A stretch of 63,990 bases of DNA, filler included, from Basidioascus undulatus (taxonomy: Eukaryota), in assembly GCA_000826855.1 (NCBI GenBank). It is 4 parts of 4 records of this genome, joined end to end, with 100 filler letters (N's around TTAATTAATTAA, not from the genome) between each part and the next. Parts side by side here need not be neighbours in the genome. Positions count along the whole stretch, not along the records: positions 1 to 29,835 come from JTLS01000121.1; positions 29,936 to 39,676 come from JTLS01001212.1; 2 more parts are not named here. One strand, given 5' to 3'. Within the stretch, counting starts at the first letter, position 1, and each line of letters starts with the position of its first letter. The notes beneath the pieces are model-generated. The model was not told where the DNA came from, did no database searches, and worked only from the letters and a program-made list of their open reading frames with translations. This document shows, in pieces, positions 26,182-38,764 of the stretch. The position numbers were made by a program, and so were the translations under genes.

Positions 26182-26859
26182 GCTCTGCTGTTTTGTAGGT
26201 GCGACGTAGGGGAGATGGAGGATTCAAAGAAAGTAGAGAGGTCCAAAGAAGTCAGCTTCACGATGGGCCAGCGACACGCGACACGACGGCCCGCCAGGCG
26301 CCGAGAGCTCAAGCGGCGCGTGCACGCTATGAAAAATGAAAAGAAACGCTCCGGGTTCTCGAGGACCACGACGGGCCTTGCATTGACCTTGACCTGTATT
26401 TGAGTATCTCCAAACTGTACAGCATAAAGATTATCTCAAATTGAGCAAAGAAGGAAGCATTGCTCGACACTGCATCGGTACCATGAAAGTTTGGACTTAC
26501 AACGACGCCGTGCTGCGAAGACAACCCATCATTATACGGATAACCTCAAGAAGTGGTGTTGTAGTGTTACCATATACTCAGGAGAACTGTCAAATTGACC
26601 GAGTGCGGGACATGCAGAGTTCAAGACGGTGGTCTCCAGGGCCAGGAAGAGTGTCGCCGCACACCTCGCAAAGACGCAGCATGCAGATGTACTTTATGGT
26701 GCTCAAAGCTTCAGGAGGGGTATGAGGCAGCGAACGAGGTATATAATAAGAATTGTGGTCGTAAGGCTCGGTACGGATCTGCACGGCGCCGCTTTGTCTG
26801 TGGAAGTCGATGGTCAGCCTACGGACTCCACCACTAACACAAGGTGAAACCGGCGCACC

Positions 26860-27366
26860 TCAGTCCCACTCCTCCAGCACTGCGATCATCCCCTTCGCCA
26901 TCTCCAGCCCCTCGACCAGCGGCTGCACGACCGCCTGGACTTTGCGAGTTTCCTTGTCGACCTCGCGACTCAAGTCTGCGAGCCCGCGCCTTCCCTCCGC
27001 GAGGCGGCGTTCGCAGTCGGCGACGACTTGGAGCGTCAACCGGGGCCGGGCGCGCTCAAGCTCGAGCTCCGACTGATGCTGCCGCGCCATTACCGCGCCC
27101 AAGGCGTCCTTCCACGACTGCAGCTGACGCTCAACCTCATCGTACTCTCTCTGGAAGGCGTCGAACAGTCCACGCAGGGGAAGCAGGACCTCGAGAACGT
27201 CGGCACTCCCCCACTCAGCTTTCTCGATTTCCATAGCGTTGAGGACGTCGAGTGTGGCGGATACGGCTCGGAGGGCATCCGGGTAGTCAGGCATCCCTTG
27301 CTTTATGAGCAGGAGGGCGTCGCGGAGGCTGAACAGAGATTGGGGGCACGAGCACTCTGCTGCCAT
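26860..27366 (-). CDS. Hypothetical coiled-coil protein (168 aa, intronless)
   Basis: GC-rich ORF with heptad-like pattern MAAECSCP...REYDEVERQLQSWKDAL...LEEWD*. Confidence 0.55.
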   Translation of the reverse strand: MAAECSCPQSLFSLRDALLLIKQGMPDYPDALRAVSATLDVLNAMEIEKAEWGSADVLEVLLPLRGLFDAFQREYDEVERQLQSWKDALGAVMARQHQSELELERARPRLTLQVVADCERRLAEGRRGLADLSREVDKETRKVQAVVQPLVEGLEMAKGMIAVLEEWD

Positions 27367-28424
27367 GATGGGAGTGGAAAGAGTTTCTGAAAATGAGATC
27401 GGCCTGTGAGGTTTCCTCAGGCTGGTCGCTTGACGATGAGGATGAGGGTAAGAGGGGAAGATACTGTTCGCTAATTGATACCGCTGGACGGGCTGAACGT
27501 CTTCCTGGGACGGGCGCACGCGCGAACAACCGTAATCCACGGACACCTCAACCTCCTCCGTGCGGAAGCATGACGATTTGTGTACATTTCCGCCTTCACG
27601 CATGCTTGCATCAATGTAAACGCGGCTATGGCGCGGCTGACGCTGACTACAGCAAGTGGTCAGTCAACGAACGACCAATTGGTGGGACACTGGCCGTCCT
27701 AGATGTCATTTCAGGCTGATATAGGCCGTAAAAATAGGTTGATGTGTAAGGGAACCCCCACCCGAGATGCCCAAGAGAACGGTTTGCGTGGTTAGAAGCG
27801 GTAACACAGGTGAAAAGCACTCGTGGCGAGGCACAAAGGCGGTAGCGCGGCTTCACTACGCAAGACGTACACAACACGAGTCCTGTAGAAGTGAAGATTT
27901 TCCGTGCAGTTAGCAACGTGATTCACTCCTGTGCGTCAGAGTGAGGTTTGAAACAAACCTGGATGCGATGGTCTGGGATCGCGTCAAGGCTGCGCTGTAA
28001 AACTTCTATAATTCACTTATACATGTTGATCGGATTTAATCTTCAGCGGAAGCCTCCATGTCACCGAATTGAAGACCTCCAAAAATGTGAGGCACAGTCC
28101 TGCTGGCTGTATCAGCACGGTGGCGCCCACGGCGCTGCACCTTGCGCTGGAAGCGCTGCGACTGTGACTTTCGATCTGACACACGCGAAGTGTCCTGGTC
28201 ACAATTAAAGATTATGTGCAACTTCCAGAATAAGTGTAACGCGGATGCACGGCAGGCGATTGCGCATTTCTTCCGAGTTCTTCAAAAATGCGAAGTGCCA
28301 GGCTGTAAGTGCTCAAATGGATCATAAAAATGGTATCAAAGAGCCAAAGAGGGCCACAGTACAGGACTGGCAGGTGGATAGGGATCGCCTGGACGAGGGT
28401 GAGGTCTGCATAAAAAGGAACTTC

Positions 28425-28496
28425 TGCGTCATCCGGGAGTCGAACCCGATTCTCCGCCTTGGGAAAGCGAAATCATAACCGTTAGACCAATGACGC
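28425..28496 (-). tRNA. tRNA-Gly(CCC)
   Basis: GCGTCAT/ATGACGC acceptor stem, TGGTCTAACGG A-box, anticodon loop TTCCCAA, GGTTCGACTCC B-box, and a T5 terminator at 28412-28416. Confidence 0.93.
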
Positions 28497-29835
28497 TGTT
28501 GAAAGCTCATTTCTGTGTCGACTCCCCCAGCTCAACAGTTGCAGCGCTGTAAGTTGTTTTTCACCAGGATCCAGAAGCCCTTCTGTTTGTGGTACCAATA
28601 AAAAAGCTTTATATTCCTATCAGTAAGCCCGAAGAAGAACATGTGGCCCATCTGGACTCCGTATGGAGTGTCACGAAGGTGGAACGATCCCACGAGTCCG
28701 GGTTCACTCTGACGCAGCTTGGAGGTGAGGCTGAAAATCGAAAGTGACCAGAATACGTGGTGCAATGGTTATTTCCAACAACAAGCAGATTCTGACCGTG
28801 AGAGCGAGTCTAAGAAGAGCGAGACCACGTCCGCCCTTGATGAAAAATGAAGCCCGTACCACCGTTGCTGCTGCATACATACATTCGCTTTGCGCGAGTT
28901 GACCTTCCCCTGCAGCCTGTGACTTCAGTATAATGGTAGGACAGACTTGCTGGTTTGTTGGAAATATTTAGTCATTGACGGTAAATGGTGAACGATGAAT
29001 CGACGCAACTGTTGGCAACAGGTCGACTGTAGGCAAGTCGCCCGAACGCTGGGCATGTTTCTTGTACCCAACGAACGTGGACATAATTAGTACACAAAAA
29101 TCTATTGAAAAATCAAAGTCTCGGACAGAAGAATTCACTGCGTGAGTGAAACTGACATAAAGAGCGCACGACTCTTCGGAATCACAGTTCGCCTGCACGT
29201 TGAGAAAGACAGCTTCATTCAAGATCATTCAAGCGGATGTAAATACACGATTATAGGTAATTCTTTTGATCTCGCTGTTGCAGCTTCCCGCGGGCACTGT
29301 GGGGCAGCCAGTGCGTGCTCTTTGACTGGAACACTCGAGTCCAGGCAGCGGCGCGCACTCCAGTGGGAGTTCTATGAAAATGGTGCCTGTTGGCATATCT
29401 TCTTTTGCAATAAGGTCTTTGAATACTATGGAGCGAGTTTGGCCCAAGCTGAGCAAATGGCTAATGGCTAACAATATTCCGACTAGCTCCTCGGAATGGG
29501 TATTTCCAAGAGCAAGGTAAACGCGAATACGTAAGATGCTGCACGATAACGTCCCAAACTCCTTTGTGCGCCTTGCTTCAATCTCACTCATCATCGCAAG
29601 AAGAATGGGATCACCTTCATCGTCAACAGCCCGCTTCGGGAGATTTCGAAAGTGAGTATCATATCGTACCCATGGAAAATGGAATGCTGAAGCTGCCCTC
29701 GACGCAACAGGGGCCGCCGATTCCCCGAACACCTCATCCACCCTCTACTCGGCAAGGTCCTCCGACTCATCAGTCCCCAGCAACTAGTTCGTGTTCCTGA
29801 GGCAATCATTTATTTATAGGTATCGAATTCACCCC

Positions 29836-29935
29836 NNNNNNNNNNNNNNNNNNNNNNNNNNNNNNNNNNNNNNNNNNNNTTAATTAATTAANNNNNNNNN
29901 NNNNNNNNNNNNNNNNNNNNNNNNNNNNNNNNNNN
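29836..29935. other. Artificial contig linker
   Basis: N44-TTAATTAATTAA-N44, exactly 100 bp. Confidence 0.97.
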
Positions 29936-30016
29936 AAAAGTATATAGACGGCATTCAAGAGCGGTTTCGCGGTGGCGGAAGGGGTGGATCGCACCTCGCA
30001 GGTTGGTATGAAAGCG
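29936..30016 (+). repeat. 81-bp perfect inverted repeat, left copy (truncated by the contig start)
   Basis: Exact reverse complement of 34478-34558. Confidence 0.93.
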
Positions 30017-31744
30017 GCCTGTGTCCGCATAAATGCTCGACCCGTTTACGCGTCCATACCCGAAAAGAGGCCCCGGAATAACTTATCCTACACCATTGAC
30101 ATGGGTACCCACATATCGTCCAGCAAAGAAGGTCAATTAAGGCGTCCCCGTCTGGCCCGGCCGGCCATCCGATGAACCGAAAGGCTGGTGTGCTCCTGTA
30201 AAGATTTGCGTTCAAACATTTCACATAGTCCATTAAACCGACTAGGAATTATGTAAATACCACATGCACACAAGTGTGACATAGTGCCACCAGGCTCGCA
30301 AAATGAGGCGCAGCCACTGAATGGCGCGGGGAGGTGCAGCAGGGATCATCTGGGCCATTTCCCGTGTCAGTCGTTGGCCCGAGAAAGCAGGTGTGATCAA
30401 TTTATTCTTACGGGGAAATCTTGAAGAGCATGGACTGCTTCAAGATGCACGGTAGGTACTTTGCCTTCACGTTTGTCAAGCAGGTGAGGATGAATGTGAC
30501 CATCGACAGACTTAAATCTCATACAACCCTATGCCAGCTCCAGAGTTTTAGCTGATCCCTTTTCGGGCCTAGCACTTTGAGCCTTCCGCGCTCAATGTTG
30601 CATTCCTGGCACTACCGTCCTTTCAGGCGGTTCAACCCACGTTCAACATACCTGATGCAACAACAGCGCAACAAAGTCCTTTTGTCTTTCGAAGTATTTT
30701 AAGTGGTTTAAATAGGACTACAAAGATACGACTGGTGTTTGAAGAAATTCGAGAGCAGAGAAGATGCGGACGCGAGGCGTGGACGCGCAGTTTCCGCTGT
30801 TAAGTGATTACCTGCTGTAGCGCTACCGCGCCCCTACTGACTACGCTTCTTGCGCAGAGAATCTGAACGGGTTGTTTGAGTCTCAAATGGCTTTCGCGGG
30901 GTTTCTTTCTCGCTCAAGCCAGGTCGCTCGAGCCACGTCCCAGGTAGCCCAAGGGCTGCACCTCATGAACGGGGATCTGTCCCGGCGCGAACGTGCTGAT
31001 CAGTCTGACGAGTTGGCCGTCTTATTTTTGGAACTAATACCGTTTCCCTAAATTAATTTTCCTACTTTATCTCTATACGCAAATTCAAAGAACAGGGCAT
31101 GCTGACGTGCGCAGAGGAGTTTTATGCAGTGTAGGCCATGGGTGAATATTGCTTGTGGACACATGCATGCGGTGGTCCAAAAAAGGCATATATGGTACAG
31201 ATTCAGAGTATGTCCTAGTATGGGTAAACGGGAAAGTGAACACGCTTGGGAGGAAAAAGGTGGAGAGCAGAATGCGGAGGGCGCGCCCACCTTGTACCTT
31301 GACGCTGGTTGTCTTCTTTCACGTCTAACTAAAGGTATACCACCAAAGTTTCTTGAATCAAAAGGCAACAAGTCCTCGCCTAAGACTGATCTACACCATT
31401 GCTTGAGCTTTTGAAGGGTTGGTCGGGACGTAGCAAATGAATGACTTCCTACGAACTTGGCAGCCTTTGAGTGCATTGCGTCTCTAAGTTCTGTTGTGTC
31501 GTCGGGTTGTGACTACACCATCCGACGACAGAGTAGCAGTAATGCTTTGCCCTGTATCGACAGAACCCTCCATGAACTGACGGCGCAACAGTACGAACGA
31601 AAGGTGTAGCGGCACAATCAGAACAACGTGTCATTGCGAGATGTCAATACTCGCATTTGCGCTTGGCAAAAGGCCCGTCCACGACATCCAAGAGGGACGA
31701 AAACGAAACACCATAGCTTTCGAGCCCCACAGATGCCCAGACGA

Positions 31745-33177
31745 CTAGGCTGAGCAGAGGACTACGCGCTGTGAGCTATCGACAGCTTGAATGCGCAGCG
31801 CCTTGCCATGTTCCATGTACACGGGATGCTTGTCAACCAATTGAACTTGAGAATGGTCCTCATCGCTGTCCAAAACTTCGACGAGGACGCCTTGGTGCTG
31901 CAGATCTAGCTCGAGGCTCTCGACCTGTGTTGCCAACTCACATGCGTCTACGAGTTTACGTGTCAGTTGCGATAAGTTTCGGGGCTATACCGGTACAGGA
32001 AGGACCTTGCAGTGCAGATGGGCGGCGTCTCTTTGAGACGGAAAGAGAGGCTCTTGAGGCTCGGGCAGCAGTGCATCATTGTCTCGAAGTCGTCGATTTT
32101 GAACGGAGCAAAAATATTCAAGTCTGGGAGCTTCGACGGACAATGAAGGCCTCTGAGTATCTCTGTAACGATCGATATATCGTCTACATAAGATCTATGT
32201 ACTCTAGATACTTGGGCGTGTCCAGTAAATGCGTGCCAAGCTGGCAGTGCTCCAAGGTGAGCGTTCGCAGGGATGAGAAGGGTGTAGCGTGAGCGTTGTC
32301 TTGAAAAGCATCTAAGTGCGAGAGATGTCTACCCAAAAGGCTGGCTCCTTGAATCGAAGAAGAAGACGGCATAGAATCGTAGAGGAATCGCCGCAAAGCG
32401 GGTACACATTGAGGTCCAAGCTGGTCAGAGTCGCCGGGTTGCCTTTAACGTGCTCACAGGACAGTTGGAGCATTGTACTCTTCTTCTCGGACCTCAGTAG
32501 TTACTTCTTAAGAGCTACGCGACAGATGGAAGGGGTCCTCAGACTGGTAATGCCCGTAATCGATCGAGGGGTTTCGGGTTCCATTAACATCATGAAGCTA
32601 TCAAGGCACCATAAAGCAGCCAGGGTGGTGAGGTGCCTGCTCAACACAATTGTTTTTACTAATAGGTATTCCAGCGTGTTTGAAGAGATCTATTAAAGGG
32701 GGGGAAGCTTCGAAATGAAGTCGTCCAGGGCGGTGAGGGCATTGACATCTTGCATCTGTCCAGTCGTCCTCGGTCGCGTCGCCCCATCCAAGCTAAGTGT
32801 CGGTTGGCAAAATATGATCTACAAGATCCTATGAAGGTGCTACGCAAATCAATTTCTTTATGGGGTACCGAACGGCATTTGCCAACGCCGCGTTCGCCCT
32901 GAATAAGCATAACCGCCAATCTCGAAAAAGGAGCCGGATGCGACGCGAACGCCGTGTTCGAAGACTTTAGACACCAGAGCATCATCGAGTCTGACACTGA
33001 AAGATGAGGAACCTTGAGAGTCTCACCGTTGCAGAAAGAGCCAATCTCCTGCTGGAGCAGCTCGTGCGGAACGCTGTGGAGGGGCGAGCGCAAGGCCCTG
33101 TGGGCGGCAGACAGGGACTGGGCGCTATGGGGGATAGCGGCGGGGAGACCCTCGAGCGTGTGTGAGTACGTTATCAT
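31745..33177 (-). pseudogene. F-box/LRR(RNI)-like gene, probably degenerate
   Basis: LHSVPHELLQQEIGSFC..ETLK (F-box-like), RLLFRD...LANAVR, LRTLTLEHC, LEYIDL, VESLELDL. Frames are inconsistent between exons. Confidence 0.4.
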
Positions 33178-34477
33178 CTTTTGGTCTGGAAGATGTTGGG
33201 AAAGAAGGGTAAGGAAGAGGACGCTGAGAAGGAAGGACTGCCTTGGAAGAAGCCCGCCTTTCGCCTGAAGAACTACGGACCTCAAGCATGTTTCTCAGTA
33301 CCTCGCTAGTACTCTTATACCAGTTTGTATTTTCTAGAGATTCCATTCCAGTCTTTTTCTTATGTGGCAAACGTGTCAAGAGGTGAGGACGGTGGACCCA
33401 TGTCAATCACTGCGGGCCTCTGGGTGTGTCTCTATCCAGTCCCTCAAGACCCTCGCGACATTCCCAAGCCTTAACATAGTCCCAACACGCATGATTTAAT
33501 ATTGTTATTGCAACATAGTATTGCGCCTGGCTTGACGTCATCTCACTCCGCCTTATCGTCTGTGTTTGTCTTCCCTTCAGTTTGATTTCACGTTCCGGGG
33601 AGTCCGTTTGAGTCCGAGAGGGTGTGGAGAATTCGCACCGCCTCCTCTTCAGCTCCACTACAGCCCCACCCTGGTGATCAAAAGCTCTATCGCATCCATG
33701 TGGCCACCCCGCCACGTCAGACCCTCACGGCTCTTCAAACACAAGCCCCTGCATCCCCAAGCCATCATGCTACCCCTCCCGGCCCCTTCCAGCACGAACC
33801 TCCCCGACCGGACAACCAAAAAGCACACTTTCTTGGCATTCCCGCATAGCTCATGCCTTGGCACCCGCCCCCAAACGTGGCACTGCACCCCATGCAGCCG
33901 GTCGTGCTTGGGCTCGCCGCTCGGAACAGCATTCTTTGAAGACCGACTCGTCGATTGCACAACACTCGTCCCCGTTCTCTTATCGTCATCATCACGCCGC
34001 ATCTTTTCCCGTGCCTTTCTTTGAGGATCCAGCCGAACTGCATGACTACGAGGAGGAGGAGAAGGCGCCGTCCCCCAGCTCCTCCCCACGTCAAGCGAGG
34101 TGGACGACTTTCTCCGCTCCCTCAAGCACGATGCTGAGAGCTGGGCCGCGCCTCCAACCCTTCCGGATGAGAGGGTGGTGAAGCGAGCGCCCAGGCGGGC
34201 GGACGAAGGGACGGTGCGAGAGAAGGGAAAGGGGCGGGAGCGAGTCGTGCCCTCCGACGCGGAGTAGAACGCTCCAGGCGGACGCAGCCGGGTGTGCGGG
34301 CCGCACCCGCCGTCATGAGGTGGGAGGGCGCGCCGATGGATGAGGACGTGGAAATGGGACCGTCGATGGGGCAGATAGGGATGGACATAGACTAGCCAAT
34401 GTGCAGCTTCCAAATTGAAGAACACCATGCGTGCTGAAGTACACAGAAGTTCCTAGGGCTGGCCGGGCGCGGTGGGA

Positions 34478-34558
34478 CGCTTTCATACCAACCTGCGAGG
34501 TGCGATCCACCCCTTCCGCCACCGCGAAACCGCTCTTGAATGCCGTCTATATACTTTT
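34478..34558 (-). repeat. 81-bp perfect inverted repeat, right copy
   Basis: Exact reverse complement of 29936-30016. Confidence 0.93.
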
Positions 34559-34725
34559 CTACAGACGAATCAGATTGCATTTGCAACAAAGAATATCACG
34601 TCGACCGCACGGAATGCTCGTCAATGAAGCTGGGCGGGCCAAGGCGGGCGAGATGAGCAGGCGTGCCCCTCCTCCAAAGTGCAGTGGGCCATTGAATCGG
34701 CACCGCTGTTCACTAGTACTCCTTT

Positions 34726-34840
34726 GCAGACTTGCATACAATTGCAGACTTGCATTCATTTGCGGACACTGGACTCCCTTTCAATTGCCGACTCGCTTTC
34801 ATTATTAGCGGACCTGCTTTCACTAACGGACTCGCTTGCC
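34726..34840. repeat. Degenerate ~18-bp tandem repeat (gcagacttgcat(a/t)ca(a/t)tt-like)
   Basis: gcagacttgcatacaatt, gcagacttgcattcattt, ggactccctttcaatt, gccgactcgctttcatt, gcggacctgctttcact. Confidence 0.5.
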
Positions 34841-35081
34841 GCGCCGGACCGCCACGATCCCTCGGCTCGAGCCACCTTCGCTTGTCTGGTCAGGTTCGGA
34901 ATCGCTAGATATTGTTCAAAAAGAAAGACACAGAGAATACAGCGCTGCGCGTGAAGTGAAAAAGAGTGTAAATAGTCGGTGATCTAGAGATGAACAATCC
35001 TCCGCATGCGCCAACACAGGGGACCAAACTACAAGTGGAAAGCTAGCACGAAACACGCAAAACTTCATTGCAATGCGTATC

Positions 35082-36090
35082 TCAACGGCCCTGCTGGAGA
35101 GCCTGGCCGGACTGGTGCGCGGAGATGGAGCTGAAGCGTTGCAGCCTGTAGCATGGAGGGGTCAGCAAGTGTCCGGTCGGGCAGTAATGAGTGGCAGAAC
35201 GCACTCGGCACCCGACATCTTGGGCTTGGACGAGAGCGCGCGGCGAGGGTTGATGCGCTGCAGGAAGGTAAGGCGGTTCGAGTACCTGTGGGGAAGGGCA
35301 AGGTCAGTAGCTGTCGCAGCAGATGGGAAACGAAGCAAGACGTACAGGCTCTCGTGGACCGAGGCAGCACGAGACTGGGTGCGGACGAGCGGGACGCCAG
35401 TCGAGGCCAGAGCGTCGAGCTCCTTCTGGTGGCGGTAGCGCTTGAAGGGACGGATGACGGCGGCGCGGACCGCGAACTTGATGAAGTCGAGCGGCACTGT
35501 AAGAGCAACTGTCAGTCGCCGTGCACATTGAACAGAAGAAGAAAATCAAACGTCGACTCACCGTACCACACGATATTCCAAACCCACACAATTCCGATCC
35601 AGCCACCGGAGATGCCGCGCACATACGTGAAGCCCCAGTCACCGAAGGCGGCGATGATGCACGCAACGAGCTGCGCAAGGCAGAACGCGCCCATGAGAGC
35701 GAACGACGGACGCTCGAGGTACGACTGCCCAGGGACGGTGGTCAGCGTTGATGGAGGAAGTAACGGTCCTGCAAAAAAACATACGAAGGAGTGCGAGCGG
35801 GTAACAAAGATCAGCGCCTGCGAGATGATGGCCACCTGAAGATAGATGATCATGTGCAAGTGCGGGTCGTTGGGGTCGTCGTGCATGTTGTACGCGTCGA
35901 CGCCGAAGCGGTCCTCGAAGAACGTCGACTTGTAGATGACCTGCGATGTATGGGGTTTTGTGAGCGAACGTGGCCCACTGAACAGCCGCAGGCGATGCTT
36001 ACGATGAAGAAGATGACCGTGGACAGCATGAGGTAGAGACCGTACGCAATCGCGTAAATGAAGATCTCGACGAGGTCCCACGCTCAGGCG
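35082..36090 (-). pseudogene. PMA1: 3' fragment of a plasma-membrane H+-ATPase (last TM helices and C-tail, introns retained)
   Basis: WDLVEIFIYAIAYG, LHMIIYLQVAIISQALIFVTRSH, ERPSFALMGAFCLAQL, WIGIVWVWNIVW, LVRTQSRAASVHESLYSNR, LQRFSSISA. Homology stops at about 36090 with a frame break. Confidence 0.85.
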
Positions 36091-36428
36091 CTATACAGGG
36101 ATGGTTTTTACCTCGTCGGTAATTTACCCCACTGTTGAAAGAATTGAAAATTATCAGGAGTCCTGTCTGCCACCGCGATCTTCGTTTCGCTCCTTTGCCA
36201 GCTGTTCAGGTTCGACGCCAGAAACAGGACCACCATGTTAAACAACAGGGGCTGCGAGCGTTGGTTGTGCGGGTGGCTAAATAGCATAATGCAAGAAGGC
36301 TGACGCTTGCCAAGAAAAGGAACGAACGGGTTGTCAAGAATGGAACAAAGGGTTTCAAGAAAGGAGCGAAGTGGTTCGAATGATTCGGGGAGGGAGATTG
36401 AAATGGGCCATTATTTCTTGAAATAAGC

Positions 36429-38764
36429 TCAGACCATGGAAAGGTCGGCCGAGCGGGAGCTGCTGGTTGTCTGGATCTCGAGCTGGATCTGGAGCGACAT
36501 GGGCGGCAGCCTCGGGACTTCGATGAGCTCTGCACCGCGCCATATCCAATCACCATCAGGCACAGTTCTCCTGATCAACCAGGGGGCTCAACACACCAAG
36601 CGGCGACCGGTACTCCTTTACGCCCGGGTGGAGCGTCTCCGTACTGCGCCCGCGTGAGGGACCGCTGACGGTGAAGCGCCGCTCGCCGTCGCCGCGCACG
36701 AAGTCCTTGTCGTCCTCGCAGATGGACGGGGTGTGCGGGGATGGAGGATGTGGGACGTACGTCCGCTCTTGACCGGAAGCAAGCGGTGAAGAGCGAGATG
36801 GGGGTAGCGAAGCTGGCGGACTTCCAGGCTGTGTGGTGAGGGGGGCTTCAGCGATCCTGCCGCTGCGCAAGTTCGAGGGCTGCGAGAGAGAATCTTACGG
36901 TCCACGGGATACTGTCGTAAGAAAAGATTTAGAATTTTCAGAAACGATCCACTACTGTTGTAACTCGGAGGACAACGCACGAAAATGAGAAACGTCAGTA
37001 CAGCTGATGCCCCGAAGCCGAGAGTCGCAATGGTCGAGAGGATGTCAACCACGATCCTGTGGGTTTAAGGTCAGCGCCTCAAGGGGAAAGATGGTATAAA
37101 GCTCAAGGCTCACATGCGTTCATTCAGATACGGCTCATCCAGGAGGCCGTCGATGGAGAGCATGAGGAACGGGATGGTGAAGACGTAGCGGCTGAGCGTC
37201 TGGAGGATGTTGAGCTCGTGGAAGCGATGAAGGCGAACGATCTGTGTGATGCTTGACGAGAAATTTAGCTGCCTTTTGGACGGGGGAGGACGCTCTTGGA
37301 ACAACCGAGGTGAAGGAACGCACGAGCTCGCTTTGCGCCCCGCTGATGCGCTGCAGGAAGGGGAGGAAAGCAAAGGTTCAGTAACGCTTTGATCACTCCA
37401 TGAGGGATAGAGCATGAAACGTTACGATCCGGTTCAAGGACTTGGGAAAGATGAAGATGACGTATGTGAAGACGATCGTCTCAAGGAACGCGAGGCATGT
37501 TCCGATGAAGTATACGCAAGCTTCCACCTGGTCGTTCCATACCCCAGCCAAGTGCAGGTCAATACCGGAAGGGCGAGGGAGAGAATGTTCTCGGGGGGGC
37601 CTCGAACGTACCTTGAGCGGATCTGTCTTGAACGCGGCCGCGAAGAGCATGAGACCGAGGGAGACGAGCGAGCCGACAAGGAAGACCTGCGGCAGGAACG
37701 CCCGAGGGTTCAGCGTCTCCTTCTAAATCCAAGGGTTAACTCCTAGCAAACTTACATGGAAATCGATTGAGCTCGTCCAGTTGCCGTGCCTCGCAGAGGC
37801 GCGGACCAGGAAGGTCCAGAAGCAGACTCTGCACGTAGCCGAAAAGGAGAGCTGAGAGTTACTACGAACGCGGGGAAGGGGCAGTTCGAAAATAAAACAT
37901 ACTCTTCAAGGTACGCTGCGACTGAAAGTTTGCGGACGCATTAGCAATGGACCGAGTGCGGTTGCGCGAGCCGGACGCACCACGCGAGTGCTAGCATCCC
38001 GTAGGCGGGAGGGACCCAAGCTTGCTGTTTCGGTGTCCTAAAGAAAAAGAAATGGCATTTAAACGAAGCGTGGGATATGGATGGGCGCAAGAGGATCAGA
38101 CGGACCAGAGCTGGTACGGCACCGGGATGACTGTAGTTTCACCTCCCCCACATCAACAACGCTGCTCGTCGAGTTGCACTTATGTAAACTCTCCGTACCT
38201 CCGTGACCTGAATTCATGCATCGTATGTATCTGAGCCTTCGAGTCCCGGTCGCGTTTAAAGAAACGTGAGAGAGAGGGAGACAGCCGAACCTGGGATAGG
38301 CGCGAACCCATTCTGGTACTTGATTACCAGGAAGATGACCGCCTGCCCTGCGAGTGCTGCGGCCCCAAAGGCTGTCAGAACCAAGCCCGTATGCGGGATG
38401 GCCGGGGTGCTCAGTCTTACGAGGCCCGAGAATGAACATTCATGTAACGGAGCGCTTGAACGCGTCCCGCCGCGTGCGGATCTTCCAGAACGCGAGGCAC
38501 GCCAGGCGGTCGTACTCTGCTCGGCGAAGGCTTGGTTGGATGAGAAACGGACCGGAACAAAGAAAAGGGGTAAGGGAAGGGGACGAGGAAGGGGCGCAGG
38601 GGACAGATGTACTGTAGAGGTGGAGGAAGAAGAAGAGCGAGATGAGGAGGAGGAGGGCGACTTGGAGGACGGAGGCCTGCCATTCACGAAGGGTTAGACC
38701 CTTAGAAAACCCCCAATCACATCAGAGTAGAGAGCAGACGTGCGAAGCCAGTCGTGTGGGTCAT
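36429..38764 (-). CDS. Conserved basidiomycete multi-pass (about 7 TM) membrane protein, many small exons
   Basis: Hydrophobic exons plus IVRLHRFHELN, PFLMLSIDG, LTFLIF/YP and LHPGVKEYRSPL. Start codon uncertain. Confidence 0.65.

Noticed and set aside
25459..26403. Long antisense ORFs (also 45484-46521 overlapping in another frame, and 50098-51051)
   Set aside because: Shadow ORFs of GC-rich genes.
28968..29809. ORFs next to the tRNA at the contig end
   Set aside because: No recognisable motifs or consistent splice structure, so I cannot support a call.
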